Below are positions 1 to 9,296 of a stretch of DNA of 64,000 nt, piece by piece. The DNA is taken from positions 1,220 through 65,219 of the forward strand of contig JAXLZN010000001.1 in the NCBI GenBank assembly GCA_046350905.1, in the 5' to 3' direction. This stretch comes from Candidatus Anderseniibacteriota bacterium. GTDB taxonomy: Bacteria; Patescibacteriota; JAUYIX01. A program made the position numbers and the translations under genes. How positions within the stretch are numbered: the stretch's first letter is position 1; every line of letters starts with the position of its first letter. The notes below the pieces were generated by a model that saw nothing but the letters and a program-made list of their open reading frames with translations, was not told the DNA's origin and made no database searches.

Positions 1-85
1 GCTCCGCGCGGGCCGCGTAGAGGGCGGCGGTGAGGCCGGCGGGGCCTGACCCGACGATGACCACGTTGCGAACACCTGGCTTCAT
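1..85 (-). CDS. trxB: thioredoxin-disulfide reductase-like flavoprotein, first 28 codons only (runs off left edge)
   Basis: Minus-strand translation from ATG 85-83: MKPGVRNVVIVGSGPAGLTAALYAARAE. This is the FAD-binding GxGxxG start typical of TrxB. The fragment is too short to exclude a related disulfide oxidoreductase. Confidence 0.55.
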   Translation of the reverse strand, partial: MKPGVRNVVIVGSGPAGLTAALYAARAE

Positions 86-128
86 GCGAGGGCGAGCGTA
101 CCACACCGGACGTACGCAGCGAACGCGC

Positions 129-168
129 ACAAAAAGAAACGAGGCCACACGTGGTGGTCTCGTTTCTT
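129..168 (-). terminator. intrinsic terminator-like hairpin
   Basis: 15-bp stem (134-148 / 154-168, one G.U) with a 5-nt loop. On the minus strand it is followed by TTTGT. It lies 30 nt downstream of the stop of the 198..293 ORF. Confidence 0.45.
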
Positions 169-197
169 GAGAGGTCGGCGGTTAGCCGACGGACTCG

Positions 198-293
198 CTA
201 GCGCTTCTTACCGCGCTTGGCGCGCTTCTTGCCTTTGCGTGCCTTCTTCTTGCCACGCTTGGCAACCTTGCGTGCCTTCTTGCGCTTCGCCAT
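198..293 (-). CDS. 31-aa Lys/Arg-rich peptide (hypothetical)
   Basis: Below the ORF-track length cutoff. My translation: MAKRKKARKVAKRGKKKARKGKKRAKRGKKR*. It sits between a TGGTACACT -10-like motif and a hairpin terminator. No family recognised. Confidence 0.35.
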   Translation of the reverse strand: MAKRKKARKVAKRGKKKARKGKKRAKRGKKR

Positions 294-326
294 TCCTTTT
301 GGAAGTTATGCGAGTTAGACCTGCGT

Positions 327-335
327 AGTGTACCA
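327..335 (-). promoter_or_regulatory. extended -10 promoter motif TGGTACACT
   Basis: Minus strand reads TGGTACACT (TGnTAnnnT) about 33 nt upstream of ATG 293. The identical 9-mer recurs at 19630-19638 upstream of the giant surface gene. Confidence 0.35.
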
Positions 336-399
336 CGGATGCGCGCTCGTCAAGTTTCTGCGTAAAAGTTATTCACATGCGCTACAGGTGTTCGCGCAA

Positions 400-434
400 A
401 ACAAAAACCGCTCACGAGAACAGCGAGCGGCTTT
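400..434. terminator. short GC hairpin with flanking T/A runs
   Basis: CCGCTC (408-413) pairs with GAGCGG (425-430). On the minus strand it is followed by TTTTTGTT, and on the plus strand by CTTTT. It lies just downstream of the 447..626 gene. Confidence 0.4.
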
Positions 435-446
435 TGGTACACAGAT

Positions 447-626
447 CTACAGGTCGTTTGCCTTGACCGTCGTGCGACCGTTGCCCTTGCAACGCGCAAC
501 TGCTCGGTCGAGCAACATCGCGACGTTCTTGTTGAGCTCGTCGAGAAGCTCGCCGGAGGTCTTTGCGTCCTTGGACTTGATGTACGCTTTGACCTTGCTG
601 CCGACTACCATCATGTCGAGTGCCAT
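447..626 (-). CDS. DUF1931-type histone-fold-like small protein
   Basis: Sequence MALDMMVVGSKVKAYIKSKDAKTSGELLDELNKNVAMLLDRAVARCKGNGRTTVKANDL fits the DUF1931 pattern (SKVKxYxK...LLxxAxxRAKxNGRKTVxxxDL). The ORF track starts at GTG 635. ATG 626 is better placed behind the GGGGGTGAG SD-like run. Confidence 0.55.
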   Translation of the reverse strand: MALDMMVVGSKVKAYIKSKDAKTSGELLDELNKNVAMLLDRAVARCKGNGRTTVKANDL

Positions 627-672
627 ACTACTCACCCCCTTCCAATCCCTGGTTAAACGGATATCGCGGCGG

Positions 673-700
673 AGTATAGCACGGGCTCGCCAGGCGCCAA
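673..700 (-). promoter_or_regulatory. sigma70-type promoter candidate
   Basis: Minus strand: TTGGCG (700-695), 16-nt spacer, then TGcTATACT (681-673). It lies about 40 nt upstream of the DUF1931 gene start. Confidence 0.4.
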
Positions 701-709
701 CTCGAGGTT

Positions 710-1303
710 TTACGCAGGTTTCCCAGCGGGTTGCTCCGTCGACGTTTCACCAGATTTGCGGCCCCGTTGAGCGAACTGCTCAATCGCAGCACGCTGCTGC
801 GGGTTGAGTTTTGCCAACGCGTGCTGGTCGAGGTCGCTCAGGCGAACGTGCCCACCGGCCAGGGCGCGCCTGGTCACGTCGAGCAACGACGCACGCCCAA
901 CCGCAAAGCGGCCGTCGTAGTAGCCGAGTACGAGCACCGAGAGCTGCTCCTGCAACCCGTGGCGCTGCCGCGTGGACACGAGGTTGGCTGCGGCTTTCGG
1001 CGAGAGCTCGTGCACCACGCCGCTCCTGATCGTGGCATCAAAGTTTGGATCAGTGTCGTAGGTCGCCTCGAACAGCTCGCGGATGCTGCGCTTGTCGAAC
1101 TCGCGCGGCACGATGATCGGGGCGTGCTTGAGCAGCTCTTCGACGTAGCGGGTCTGCGCCTCGAGCGCGTCTTCGTTTTCTTCGCCGCCCTGGGCAGTTG
1201 CGTTACGCTCCGCCACCGCGCGCTGGAGCTCTGCGGCAAAATCGATTGCGGCGTTGAGCTGGTTCTTGAGCACCTCCCGTCGCTCGACCGCCAGCTCGCG
1301 CAC
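710..1303 (-). CDS. hypothetical protein (probable N-terminal extension to 1461 in another frame)
   Basis: 197-aa ORF with no recognised domain. The upstream ORF 874..1461 begins MATPPGETRSEQTGGHSGEHTGPPAREYWTQELSPDRYYRLPDAVA. It joins this frame near 1320 (..SVQDVAVRELAVERREV..) if one indel is allowed. Confidence 0.5.
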   Translation of the reverse strand: MRELAVERREVLKNQLNAAIDFAAELQRAVAERNATAQGGEENEDALEAQTRYVEELLKHAPIIVPREFDKRSIRELFEATYDTDPNFDATIRSGVVHELSPKAAANLVSTRQRHGLQEQLSVLVLGYYDGRFAVGRASLLDVTRRALAGGHVRLSDLDQHALAKLNPQQRAAIEQFAQRGRKSGETSTEQPAGKPA

Positions 1304-1491
1304 GGCGACGTCCTGGACTGATTCGCCACGGCGTCGGGCAACCTGTAGTATCGATCGGGCGAGAGCTCCTGCGTCCAGTACTCGCGGGCGGGCGGGCCAG
1401 TGTGCTCACCGCTGTGTCCGCCTGTTTGTTCGCTACGAGTCTCGCCGGGTGGGGTGGCCATAGTAGGTTGCTACGGGCTAGCGGGTTAGAG

Positions 1492-1520
1492 TTGACAGGA
1501 GGGCGTCGGGATTGCACAAT
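1492..1520 (+). promoter_or_regulatory. promoter candidate for typA (near-leaderless)
   Basis: TTGACA (1492-1497), 17-nt spacer, CACAAT (1515-1520). Only 8 nt separate the -10 from ATG 1529, and there is no SD. Confidence 0.35.
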
Positions 1521-1528
1521 CGCAATTC

Positions 1529-3364
1529 ATGTCGGACGACCAAAAAACGCAGCCGCAGCATAGCATCCGCAACGTCGCGATCATCGCGCACGTTGACCAC
1601 GGTAAAACGACCCTGGTCGACGCCATGCTGACGCAGACCAAGACGGTCGCCCGCGACGACGAGCAGGCCGGCTTGATCATGGACTCGATGGACCTCGAGC
1701 GCGAGCGCGGCATCACCATCCGCGCCAAGAACGCGAGCTTCCAGTACGGGGGCTGCAAGGTCAACATCGTCGACACGCCAGGCCACGCCGACTTTGGTGG
1801 CGAGGTGGAGCGCACCCTGCGCATGGTCGACGGGGTGCTCCTGCTGGTCGACGCCAAGGAAGGCCCCATGCCGCAGACCCGCTTTGTGCTCAAGAAGGCG
1901 CTCGCGCTCGGCCTGCGCGCGATCGTGGTGGTCAACAAGGTCGACCGCCCCGACGCCAACCCCGAGGACGCGGTCAACCGCACCTTCGATTTGTTCGGCG
2001 AGCTGGGCGCGACTGACCGGCAGCTCGACTTTCCCGTGATCTACGCCTCGGCCATCAAGGGTACGGCCACGACCGACCTGTCCACGCCAAACCCGGACCT
2101 CAAGCCGCTGCTCGACTTGATCATCAAGGAGATCCCCGCGCCAACGGTCGACCCACGCCCCGAGCCGGCCCTGCTCGTTCTGGCGCTCAAGGACGACGCC
2201 TACGTCGGGACGCTCGGCGTCGGCAAACTGCTGTCGGGTTCGCTCAGCAAGGGGCAGCCGGTGGTGGCCGTGGACGAACACGGCGCCGAAAAACCCGGTA
2301 AGGTCGTCGACATCAAGAGCTACCGCGGCCTCAACTTTGCCTCGGTCGAGTCAGCGCAGGCGGGTGACATCGTGGCGGTGGCTGGCATCAGCAACGTACG
2401 CATCGGCGACACGATCACGACACTCGGCAGCGGCATCAAGCTCGGCCCGGTCGACATCGATCCGCCCACGGTCCAGATGACCTTCGGGGTCAACACCAGC
2501 CCCTTTGCCGGCCGCGAGGGCAGCAAGGTTACCTCGCGCCAGATCAAGGAGCGGCTCGAACGCGAGCTAGTCACCAACGTCAGCCTGCGCGTCCAGCCGA
2601 CCGACTCCCCCGATCGCTTCTTGGTCTCGGGGCGTGGCGACCTGCACCTCGCAGTCCTGATCGAAACGATGCGCCGCGAAGGCTTTGAGCTGCAGGTGTC
2701 GTCGCCGCGCGTCATCACCAAGAAGGTCGATGGCGTGGAGCAGGAGCCCTACGAGTTTGTGACGGTGGATGTGCCGACCGACAAGCAGGGCGAGGTCATC
2801 TCCGAGCTCGGCGGTCGCGGGGGCGAACTCAGCAAGTCAGAACCGCAGCCCGACGGCACCGTGCACCTCGAGTACGCTGCCCCCACGCGCGGTTTGTTTG
2901 GCTTGAAGGCCGCGCTCGCGACCCGTACGCGCGGGACTGCGATCCTGGCGCACGTCTTTGACTCCTACCGCACCAAGACGTACGACGCGCCCGAGCGCTC
3001 GCGCGGTTCGCTCGTGGCGCACGAGACGGGTGCCTCCAACTCCTACGGCCTCGAGAACGCCGAGCAGCGCGGCACGCTCTACATCGGTCCGGTCGAGGAA
3101 GTCTACGCGGGCATGGTCGTGGGCCGGCACTCGCGCCCGGGCGACCTCGTCGTCAACGTCAACAAGACCAAGAAGCTCTCCAACATGCGCTCCAAGGGCG
3201 AAGGTGTCTCCAACGTGCTGACTCCGCCGACGCGCTTTTCACTCGAGGAGGCGATCGAAGAAATTGCGCCCGACGAGCTGGTCGAGGTCACGCCCAAGTC
3301 GATCCGGCTGCGCAAGGCTGAGCTCGATCCCAACAAGCGCAAGCGTACCGAACGCGCCGCGTAG
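1529..3364 (+). CDS. typA: translational GTPase TypA/BipA
   Basis: 611 aa. G1 motif AIIAHVDHGKTTLVD, G3 motif DTPGHADFGGEVER, NKVD, and the EF-G-like domain order typical of BipA. Confidence 0.95.
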   Translation: MSDDQKTQPQHSIRNVAIIAHVDHGKTTLVDAMLTQTKTVARDDEQAGLIMDSMDLERERGITIRAKNASFQYGGCKVNIVDTPGHADFGGEVERTLRMVDGVLLLVDAKEGPMPQTRFVLKKALALGLRAIVVVNKVDRPDANPEDAVNRTFDLFGELGATDRQLDFPVIYASAIKGTATTDLSTPNPDLKPLLDLIIKEIPAPTVDPRPEPALLVLALKDDAYVGTLGVGKLLSGSLSKGQPVVAVDEHGAEKPGKVVDIKSYRGLNFASVESAQAGDIVAVAGISNVRIGDTITTLGSGIKLGPVDIDPPTVQMTFGVNTSPFAGREGSKVTSRQIKERLERELVTNVSLRVQPTDSPDRFLVSGRGDLHLAVLIETMRREGFELQVSSPRVITKKVDGVEQEPYEFVTVDVPTDKQGEVISELGGRGGELSKSEPQPDGTVHLEYAAPTRGLFGLKAALATRTRGTAILAHVFDSYRTKTYDAPERSRGSLVAHETGASNSYGLENAEQRGTLYIGPVEEVYAGMVVGRHSRPGDLVVNVNKTKKLSNMRSKGEGVSNVLTPPTRFSLEEAIEEIAPDELVEVTPKSIRLRKAELDPNKRKRTERAA

Positions 3365-3365
3365 G

Positions 3366-4361
3366 CTACCGGATGAGCGGGGCGAGCGGCCGCAGCGCTC
3401 GAAACGCCTTAGAACGCTGAATACCGCGCAGCTGCTGCTCTAGCGCAGACAAGCGGCGCTGCTCAGCAGCGATGGCGGCCGCGTGCGGTACCTGCTGCGC
3501 ACGTCTGGACAAGATCGCCTGGGTGGTCGTCGCAATGTCCCGCCGCAGCGCCTCGACGCGCGCCGAGGCCTGAGCAACCTGCTTCATGATCTTGCCGTTG
3601 CTGGTCGTGTTCGCTACGTAGACCTCACCGAGGCGCGGTGCTGCGAGGTTGAGAAAAAACCAAAAGTGTCGCTGGAACATGCACCGCCGCAGCCAGGCCT
3701 CCATGCGGTTCATGCGGTCCAGCTCCGAACCAGCGTGCCGCCGGTACTCCACCCAGACGTGCGGATCTCGCACGCCACGTGCACCAACCTCGGCCGCGCA
3801 CACAACAAAGTCCCAATCTTCCATGCCACCCTTGCCCCGCAGGTACTCGCCCCACCCGGCCGTTTTCTTGAAGAGCGAACGTCGGTACACCGAGGCGCTC
3901 GGCTGGACGTAGTTGCCGATCAGCAGGTTCATGGGGTCCCAGGCCTCGTACTCGAGCACGCCCGACTGCGCTCCAAAGCGTTCGGCCCAGCCGTAGGCAA
4001 AGGCAGCGTCGGAGTGCTGCTCGAGGAGCTTGACCGCGCTCGCCACGGCCGTCGGCCGCAGCCGGTCGTCGGCGCCCAAGCAGAGCACGAGGTCGCTGGT
4101 GGTAGCCCGCACGCCGAGGTTGAGCGCACGTGCTTGCCCACCGTGGGCTGCCAAGATTGACCGGACGGTTGGAAAACGCTCCTTGATACGAGCGACGTAG
4201 CCGCGGGTCCAGTTGGTCGATCCGTCGTCGACGACCAGCACCTCGGCAGGTGGGTAGGTCTGCGCGAGAACGGACCGAACTGCCTCGTCCAGGTACTGAC
4301 CAAAGTTGTAGATGGCGATCACGACCGCGACGGTCGGGCGGCGCACGGTGGGTTCAGGCAT
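3366..4361 (-). CDS. family 2 glycosyltransferase with C-terminal coiled-coil tail
   Basis: VAVVIAIYNFGQYLDEAVRSVLAQTY, VVDDGSTN and GADD are GT2 motifs. The C-terminal ~80 aa are heptad-like and end in IQRSKAFRALRPLAPL. Start moved to MPEPTV (ATG 4361), which overlaps the upstream stop by 8 nt. Confidence 0.8.
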   Translation of the reverse strand: MPEPTVRRPTVAVVIAIYNFGQYLDEAVRSVLAQTYPPAEVLVVDDGSTNWTRGYVARIKERFPTVRSILAAHGGQARALNLGVRATTSDLVLCLGADDRLRPTAVASAVKLLEQHSDAAFAYGWAERFGAQSGVLEYEAWDPMNLLIGNYVQPSASVYRRSLFKKTAGWGEYLRGKGGMEDWDFVVCAAEVGARGVRDPHVWVEYRRHAGSELDRMNRMEAWLRRCMFQRHFWFFLNLAAPRLGEVYVANTTSNGKIMKQVAQASARVEALRRDIATTTQAILSRRAQQVPHAAAIAAEQRRLSALEQQLRGIQRSKAFRALRPLAPLIR

Positions 4362-5400
4362 GCTTGACGAGGCTAGAGAGCTTCCAGGCACGACGGGCGA
4401 TGCGGTACCGGCGCGAACGCTGCAGCGACGCAAGCTCCAGTGCTACGGCGTTCGTTTGCGCACGGAGCCGCGCTAGATCGTCGGTTGCGTCTAGCTCTCG
4501 GCGTAGACGATCACGTTCACGCTCGAGCTCTGGTACGTGGTTGAGCAAGGCCTGGAGCGCGAGCTGGCTGCTCGTCGCGTGCACCCGGTCGTAGTACAGC
4601 TTTTGCCAGGCTTCTCGGGTCGCCTCGAGCACCAGCGGCATGCCCGCCACGAGGCGGTCGGCAAAGTCAGCCGGGTGCGTAGTGCAGCCGTCGAGCACGC
4701 TGAGCGTCCCGCCCCGTCGAGCAACCCAGACCGCACGGTAGCTCGGCCCGTGCAGCTCAAACGGCAGAAAGCGCTCGAGGAAGTACCTGGTCGCGCGCTC
4801 CATCGCCGGTCCGGCCGTACCGGTCGCCGTTACCAAATCCAGGTACGCAATCAGGTCGAACAGCGCGATGGGCGACTGCTCGAGCAGGCGCGTTGCAGCG
4901 TACTGGTCCGGTGCGGTGAACTCGCGCGTGGACGGTAGGCCGAACCGTTCGTGCTCGTCCATCCAGTCTTCTTGCCGGCCGAGGAGCTGCAAAAAGAGCT
5001 GGCGGTAGCGTAGGTCGTACGCTTTTGAAAATCCCCCGTCACCCACCGGGCCGCTCACGATCACCAGGTCAGCTGCGACACGCGCGGCTTCGGCGAGTAC
5101 GCGCGGTCGATCTTGCCGGGGGACGTGCTCGAGCACGTCAGAAAAAATCACACAGTCGAACGACCGATCCGCAAACGGCAGGTTGCGCCCGTCGCCAACC
5201 ACGACACCTGTGCGACCTTCGGGGTTCGGGTTGAGCGAGGTGACCTGGGCAGCAGGCACCGCCCGCGCAAAGGCGCCCAAGCCGCCCACGTCGAGGACCC
5301 GGCCGGTCGTTGCGCCTCGCACGCGCCGCATGATCTCCAAAATGCCGCGGTAGCGGAGCGTGATGTCAATGTTTTCGATGAGCGGCGGCACGGCTGCCAT
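4354..5400 (-). CDS. class I SAM-dependent methyltransferase with C-terminal coiled-coil tail
   Basis: Motif I RVLDVGGLGAF and DCVIFSDVLEHV (Methyltransf_11-like). The tail ends in LQRSRRYRIARRAWKL. The Arg-rich 131 codons upstream in the ORF track look non-coding, so the start is set at MAAVPP (ATG 5400). Confidence 0.7.
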   Translation of the reverse strand: MAAVPPLIENIDITLRYRGILEIMRRVRGATTGRVLDVGGLGAFARAVPAAQVTSLNPNPEGRTGVVVGDGRNLPFADRSFDCVIFSDVLEHVPRQDRPRVLAEAARVAADLVIVSGPVGDGGFSKAYDLRYRQLFLQLLGRQEDWMDEHERFGLPSTREFTAPDQYAATRLLEQSPIALFDLIAYLDLVTATGTAGPAMERATRYFLERFLPFELHGPSYRAVWVARRGGTLSVLDGCTTHPADFADRLVAGMPLVLEATREAWQKLYYDRVHATSSQLALQALLNHVPELERERDRLRRELDATDDLARLRAQTNAVALELASLQRSRRYRIARRAWKLSSLVKHA

Positions 5401-5496
5401 GCTACGCCTCGGGTCGCCAGCACGTGAAGGTGCGGCGACGTTGACGTTCGCTCCGACGTGTGGCACTTTGCGTGTCACAACAATGCAGCAACCTTC

Positions 5497-6820
5497 ATGA
5501 GCGTTCGCCTGCAGGGGTTGACCCCGTACCCTCGCTCCCTCAAGTGGACGATCCAATCTAACTACTACCGCGCGCGCGGCACCGAGGCCTGGCGCTCTGG
5601 CGAAGTGCCGAGCGGCATCACGTCTAACTACCGCGCGGCGTACCAGCGCCGCGCGGCTCCTCCTCGCATCGCTCCAAGCACTACCCGCGCGGCGTACCGC
5701 GTCGCCGACCGATCTACGTGCTCGAGCTCGCGAGCGGCCAGGGCACGTACTGCTCAAACTTTTTCTAGCCTTTGAAGACCTCTGCCGCGGCACCCGGGTC
5801 TCCTACCACCGCCAGCTGCGCTACTACTTTACCGACGTGGTGCCCGTCGGCCTCAAGGCTGCCGCAGCCAACCCCCATCTCGCCGAGCTGCACCGTGAAG
5901 GTCGGCTCGAGTTCCGCTACCTCGATGCCCTCGAGCCGACCGGCTTTACGCGCGGCCAGCTCGACGCGATCGTCGCCAACTACGTCTTTACCGTGCTACC
6001 CGTCACCGTGCTCCACAAGCAGGATGACCAGTTCAGCGAAAAGTACATCGCCCTGACCTACGAGGGTTCGCGCCGGGTCACGCGCAAGCAGCTCGGCGAG
6101 CTCGTGCGCAACCCCGTCAAGACCGGGCTGATGTCGGCGCTGCGTGAGACGGTCAAGTACGTGCCGATCAAGCTCGAGCGGCGCTTCAAGAACGTCGACG
6201 CTCGAGCGGCGCTCCGCGAGACGACCAACCACCTCACGCGCGCCACCTTTACGTACCCCGAGGGTGGGCTGCAGTGCTTCGATGCGCTCCTGCCGCTCAT
6301 GGCCAAGGGCGGACTCTTTGTCGTATCCGACAAGGCCTACGCGCGCACGCTCGACTTTTTGCACCTGCACTTTGCGCTCGCCGCGACGCACGGCAACAGC
6401 CTGTCGCACGGCGTCAACACTCCCCTGCTGGAGGCCTACCTCCGCCGTCGCCACCACGGCGCGCTACGAACCGCCGACTACCACTACGGCACGCAGACCC
6501 TGGCCGTGCTGAACAAAGCTGCGGTGACGCCGAAGTTCGCGCAGGTGTTTGATCGGTACTACGTCACCACCAACTACAACGAGGAGGCCTCCTCAGCCAC
6601 GAGCGCCGCACGGGACTACATGCGCCTGCGCCGCTGGAGCGAGGCGGTCCCCTACCTGCGGCGTGCCCTACGCTGGCGTCCCGGCGACGCCAAGCTGCTC
6701 GGTCGCCTGGGGATCTGCGAGGTGCGCCTCGGCCACGAGCGGGCCGGCCGCACGCTCATCGCGCAAGCGCAGGCGCGCGACTACTTCGGCGGGTTTACCG
6801 ACGAGGTTCCGCGCCGCTAG
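5497..6820 (+). pseudogene. methyltransferase-like / TPR protein with frame breaks at 5640-5750
   Basis: Three frames must be spliced: MSVRLQGL..ITSNYRAAYQ, then ..PIYVLELASGQG (SAM motif I-like), then LLKLFLAFEDLCRG..YYFTDVVPVGLK running into ORF 5837..6820. The C-terminus is TPR-like (WSEAVPYLRRALRWRPGDAKLL). Confidence 0.5.
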
Positions 6821-7361
6821 GGCGCTTGCGGCGCTTGAGCTCGACCAAGCCGACGACGAGCACCACCAGCACGAGGCCACCCGCTACGAGCCAAACCATG
6901 GTGGATGAGATTGCGGCTGCCTGCGGCTGCACCGCGTTGATGTCGTAGTGGAGCAAAAACTCCTCAAAGGTGGCGTTGGGTTTGCGAGTGCCCGCAAGCT
7001 CGAGCACGTAGGCTCCTGCAGCCGGAAACACGTACGTGTAGCCGAGATTGAAGACCCCGTGCTCAACTTTTTCTGCGGTGGCCGGGCTCAGCTCGGCTAG
7101 CTGCAGGTCACCCTGCAGCACCCGGAGCGTGCAGGCGCAATCTTCCAAGGAAAAGTCATCGTCGTGGTTGGTGAGCACGAACGAGATCGTGCTCGTAGCT
7201 TCGGCGACAGGGCTGTCGTTCGGTTCGACGTGGAGTACCGCGCCGGCCGCACCAGACTCCTCTAGCTCGTGGGCGTGCGTTTGCTGTGGGAGGAAGCCGT
7301 AGAGGGCAGCGGCGGCGAGCAGCGCGACAAGTGCGCCGACACGTAAGCTCTTAGTGGCCAT
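6795..7361 (-). CDS. secreted protein with C-terminal membrane anchor (hypothetical)
   Basis: Start reset to MATKSLRVGALVALLAAAALYG (signal-like). It has a C-terminal TM segment VWLVAGGLVLVVLVVGLV followed by KRRKR. It overlaps the stop of the ferric-reductase-like gene. Confidence 0.55.
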   Translation of the reverse strand: MATKSLRVGALVALLAAAALYGFLPQQTHAHELEESGAAGAVLHVEPNDSPVAEATSTISFVLTNHDDDFSLEDCACTLRVLQGDLQLAELSPATAEKVEHGVFNLGYTYVFPAAGAYVLELAGTRKPNATFEEFLLHYDINAVQPQAAAISSTMVWLVAGGLVLVVLVVGLVELKRRKRPSGAEPRR

Positions 7362-8043
7362 GGACACGGAGAGAGTTAAGGATGAGCACGTAGACAAGGT
7401 AGACGTGGGCCCCGAGCAGCGCAATGCGGGTGGCGAGCAGCCAACCTGGTGCACGTACCCGTACCACAGCGTTGATACGCGCGGCCTGCAGCAGCGTGAG
7501 TGCAAAAACGGCGACAACAAACACCCAGCGCCACGCACCCGCGGCCACGGTGTCACCGAGCAGGAGCGTGTGGAACAACGTGGCGAGGCCGACCAGGTAC
7601 ACCAAGCGGTGGAGCTGCTTCCAGCGCGGCCCGAGCCGCCGGAGCGAACGATCGTTGGCGGTCAGCGCGAGGGGCAGCATGATCAGCACGCTCACCACTC
7701 CGAGCGCAACCGCAACGAGGTAACGCTGCGACAAGAATGCCAGGCCATCAAAGCCGCGGAGCTGCCCAAAGAACGTCAGCGCAGCGTGGGCGGCCCCAAA
7801 GCAGAAGGCCGCCACGCCGAGCGGACGGCGGGCAGCGTAGTACTGACCGCGCAGCGGTAGCTTTGGAAAGGCGCGGTAGAGCGGGGTGTGCAGCAGCGCC
7901 AGGTACAAGCACACCAGCGCGGTGAGCGCGTACCAGTGCGTCAGCTGCGCTATGGCCGGCTTGGTCGCGAGACCCGCACCGAGCGCAGCGGCCAGGCCGC
8001 CCCAGGCAGCGAGCGTTAGGGCGACGAGGCGGCGGGGTTGCAC
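7351..8043 (-). CDS. ferric reductase-like (MsrQ-like) heme-binding membrane protein
   Basis: Six predicted TM helices with spaced His residues (LLHTP, FGAAHAALTF, HRLVYLVGLATLFH), as in the ferric reductase transmembrane component family. Confidence 0.6.
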   Translation of the reverse strand: MQPRRLVALTLAAWGGLAAALGAGLATKPAIAQLTHWYALTALVCLYLALLHTPLYRAFPKLPLRGQYYAARRPLGVAAFCFGAAHAALTFFGQLRGFDGLAFLSQRYLVAVALGVVSVLIMLPLALTANDRSLRRLGPRWKQLHRLVYLVGLATLFHTLLLGDTVAAGAWRWVFVVAVFALTLLQAARINAVVRVRAPGWLLATRIALLGAHVYLVYVLILNSLRVHGH

Positions 8044-8067
8044 GCGGGTGGCGAGTGCGCCTGGGGG

Positions 8068-9276
8068 CTAGGCGATCTGCTTGTAGGCTTCGCGCTTGGC
8101 GAAGAACAGTGCGCCGTAGGTAGCCGGGATGAGCAGCAGGCTCGGGATCCAGCCGATGAACGGAATGAGGCCAACCAGCTGCAGCGCGGTCATGATGCCG
8201 ACGCTGACCCAGAAGAGCTTAGCCGTGCTCCAGTGCTGCTTGCTGCGGCGTTCGAGCCAGCGAGTCACCACGATGGCCGGGAGCGCCTTGGAGAGGAGCA
8301 GCGCCACCACGTACGCCACCATGAGCAGGCCGCCGAGCGGCAGGCCGACGACGGTCGCCATCAGCACGAGGGCGACGAGCGGCGTGCCGAAGAGGATCAG
8401 CAACCCGATGCCGAAGTCTTTCCAGAAGTTGGTCGCGAGGTGCTCAGCAGCACGCTGGAACGGACGGCGCAGCAGTAGTACCGCCGCCAAGATCACGAGC
8501 GCGTTCCAGATCAGGCTGAGCACAAAGGCACCGACGATGAACATGAGCAACCCGCGCGGGTTGGTTGCAGGACCGCTCGGCTGGAGTGATTGGTCAAAGG
8601 TGGCCTGGCCGGTGAGCCCGGGTCCAAAGTCGACGTGGCCACGCTGCGTAAAGTACCGGACCGCGCCCCCGAGCTTGAGGCCGGGGGTCACCCGCAGGTC
8701 GTCTGAGCCCAGCAAGGTAGCTGCGCCCTTGATGGTGCCGCCAACCACGAGCGTTCCAGCGTTGGCCAAGGCATCGCCGCTGATGGTCCCGGCGAACGTG
8801 ACGTCCCCGCTGTTGGCAAGCACCTTGCCGCGCACATCGCCGTCGAGCACGAGGACGCCGCTCGCAACCACGACGTCGCCGCTAATCGTAGTGCCCTCAG
8901 CAATGGTAATTGTTCCAGCAAGGGCCAGCACGTCGCCGTTGACGTTGCCGCTGATGGTAAGGTTGCCCGCCGTGGCACGAACATCGCCCGCCACCGCCGC
9001 GTTGATCGTGACGTTGCCGCCACCCACGAGCACATCGCCGCCCACGGGCGCATTGACGAGGATGGTACCGCCAGCAGCGACCAGGTCCTTATCGGTCGCA
9101 CCATCGACGATCACCTGGCCGCCGGCGACGTAGGCGTTGCCGGTCGTAGCCTGGACCGTGATGGTCTGGCCTGCCTGCAGGCGGGCGGCGTGGGCTGCTG
9201 GTGCCAGCAAGAGTGCTGGGAGCGCGAGGAGGCCGAGGAGGCCTGCACGCAGGTAGGGACGGGTGGTGTGTTGCAT
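8068..9276 (-). CDS. membrane protein with bactofilin-like beta-helical repeat ectodomain
   Basis: Signal peptide, then about 170 aa of GDV..G..V.I.G.V repeats (GGDVLVGGGNVTINAAVAGDVRATAGNLTISGNVNGDV..), then 4-5 TM helices. Confidence 0.6.
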   Translation of the reverse strand: MQHTTRPYLRAGLLGLLALPALLLAPAAHAARLQAGQTITVQATTGNAYVAGGQVIVDGATDKDLVAAGGTILVNAPVGGDVLVGGGNVTINAAVAGDVRATAGNLTISGNVNGDVLALAGTITIAEGTTISGDVVVASGVLVLDGDVRGKVLANSGDVTFAGTISGDALANAGTLVVGGTIKGAATLLGSDDLRVTPGLKLGGAVRYFTQRGHVDFGPGLTGQATFDQSLQPSGPATNPRGLLMFIVGAFVLSLIWNALVILAAVLLLRRPFQRAAEHLATNFWKDFGIGLLILFGTPLVALVLMATVVGLPLGGLLMVAYVVALLLSKALPAIVVTRWLERRSKQHWSTAKLFWVSVGIMTALQLVGLIPFIGWIPSLLLIPATYGALFFAKREAYKQIA

Positions 9277-9296
9277 GTCCCCAGCCTAGCCGAGCG

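Noticed and set aside
5458-6056. ORFs 5458..5775 and 5772..6056 as independent small genes.
   Set aside because: Their plausible parts are pieces of a single methyltransferase-like gene read in shifted frames. The remainders are low-complexity out-of-frame translation.
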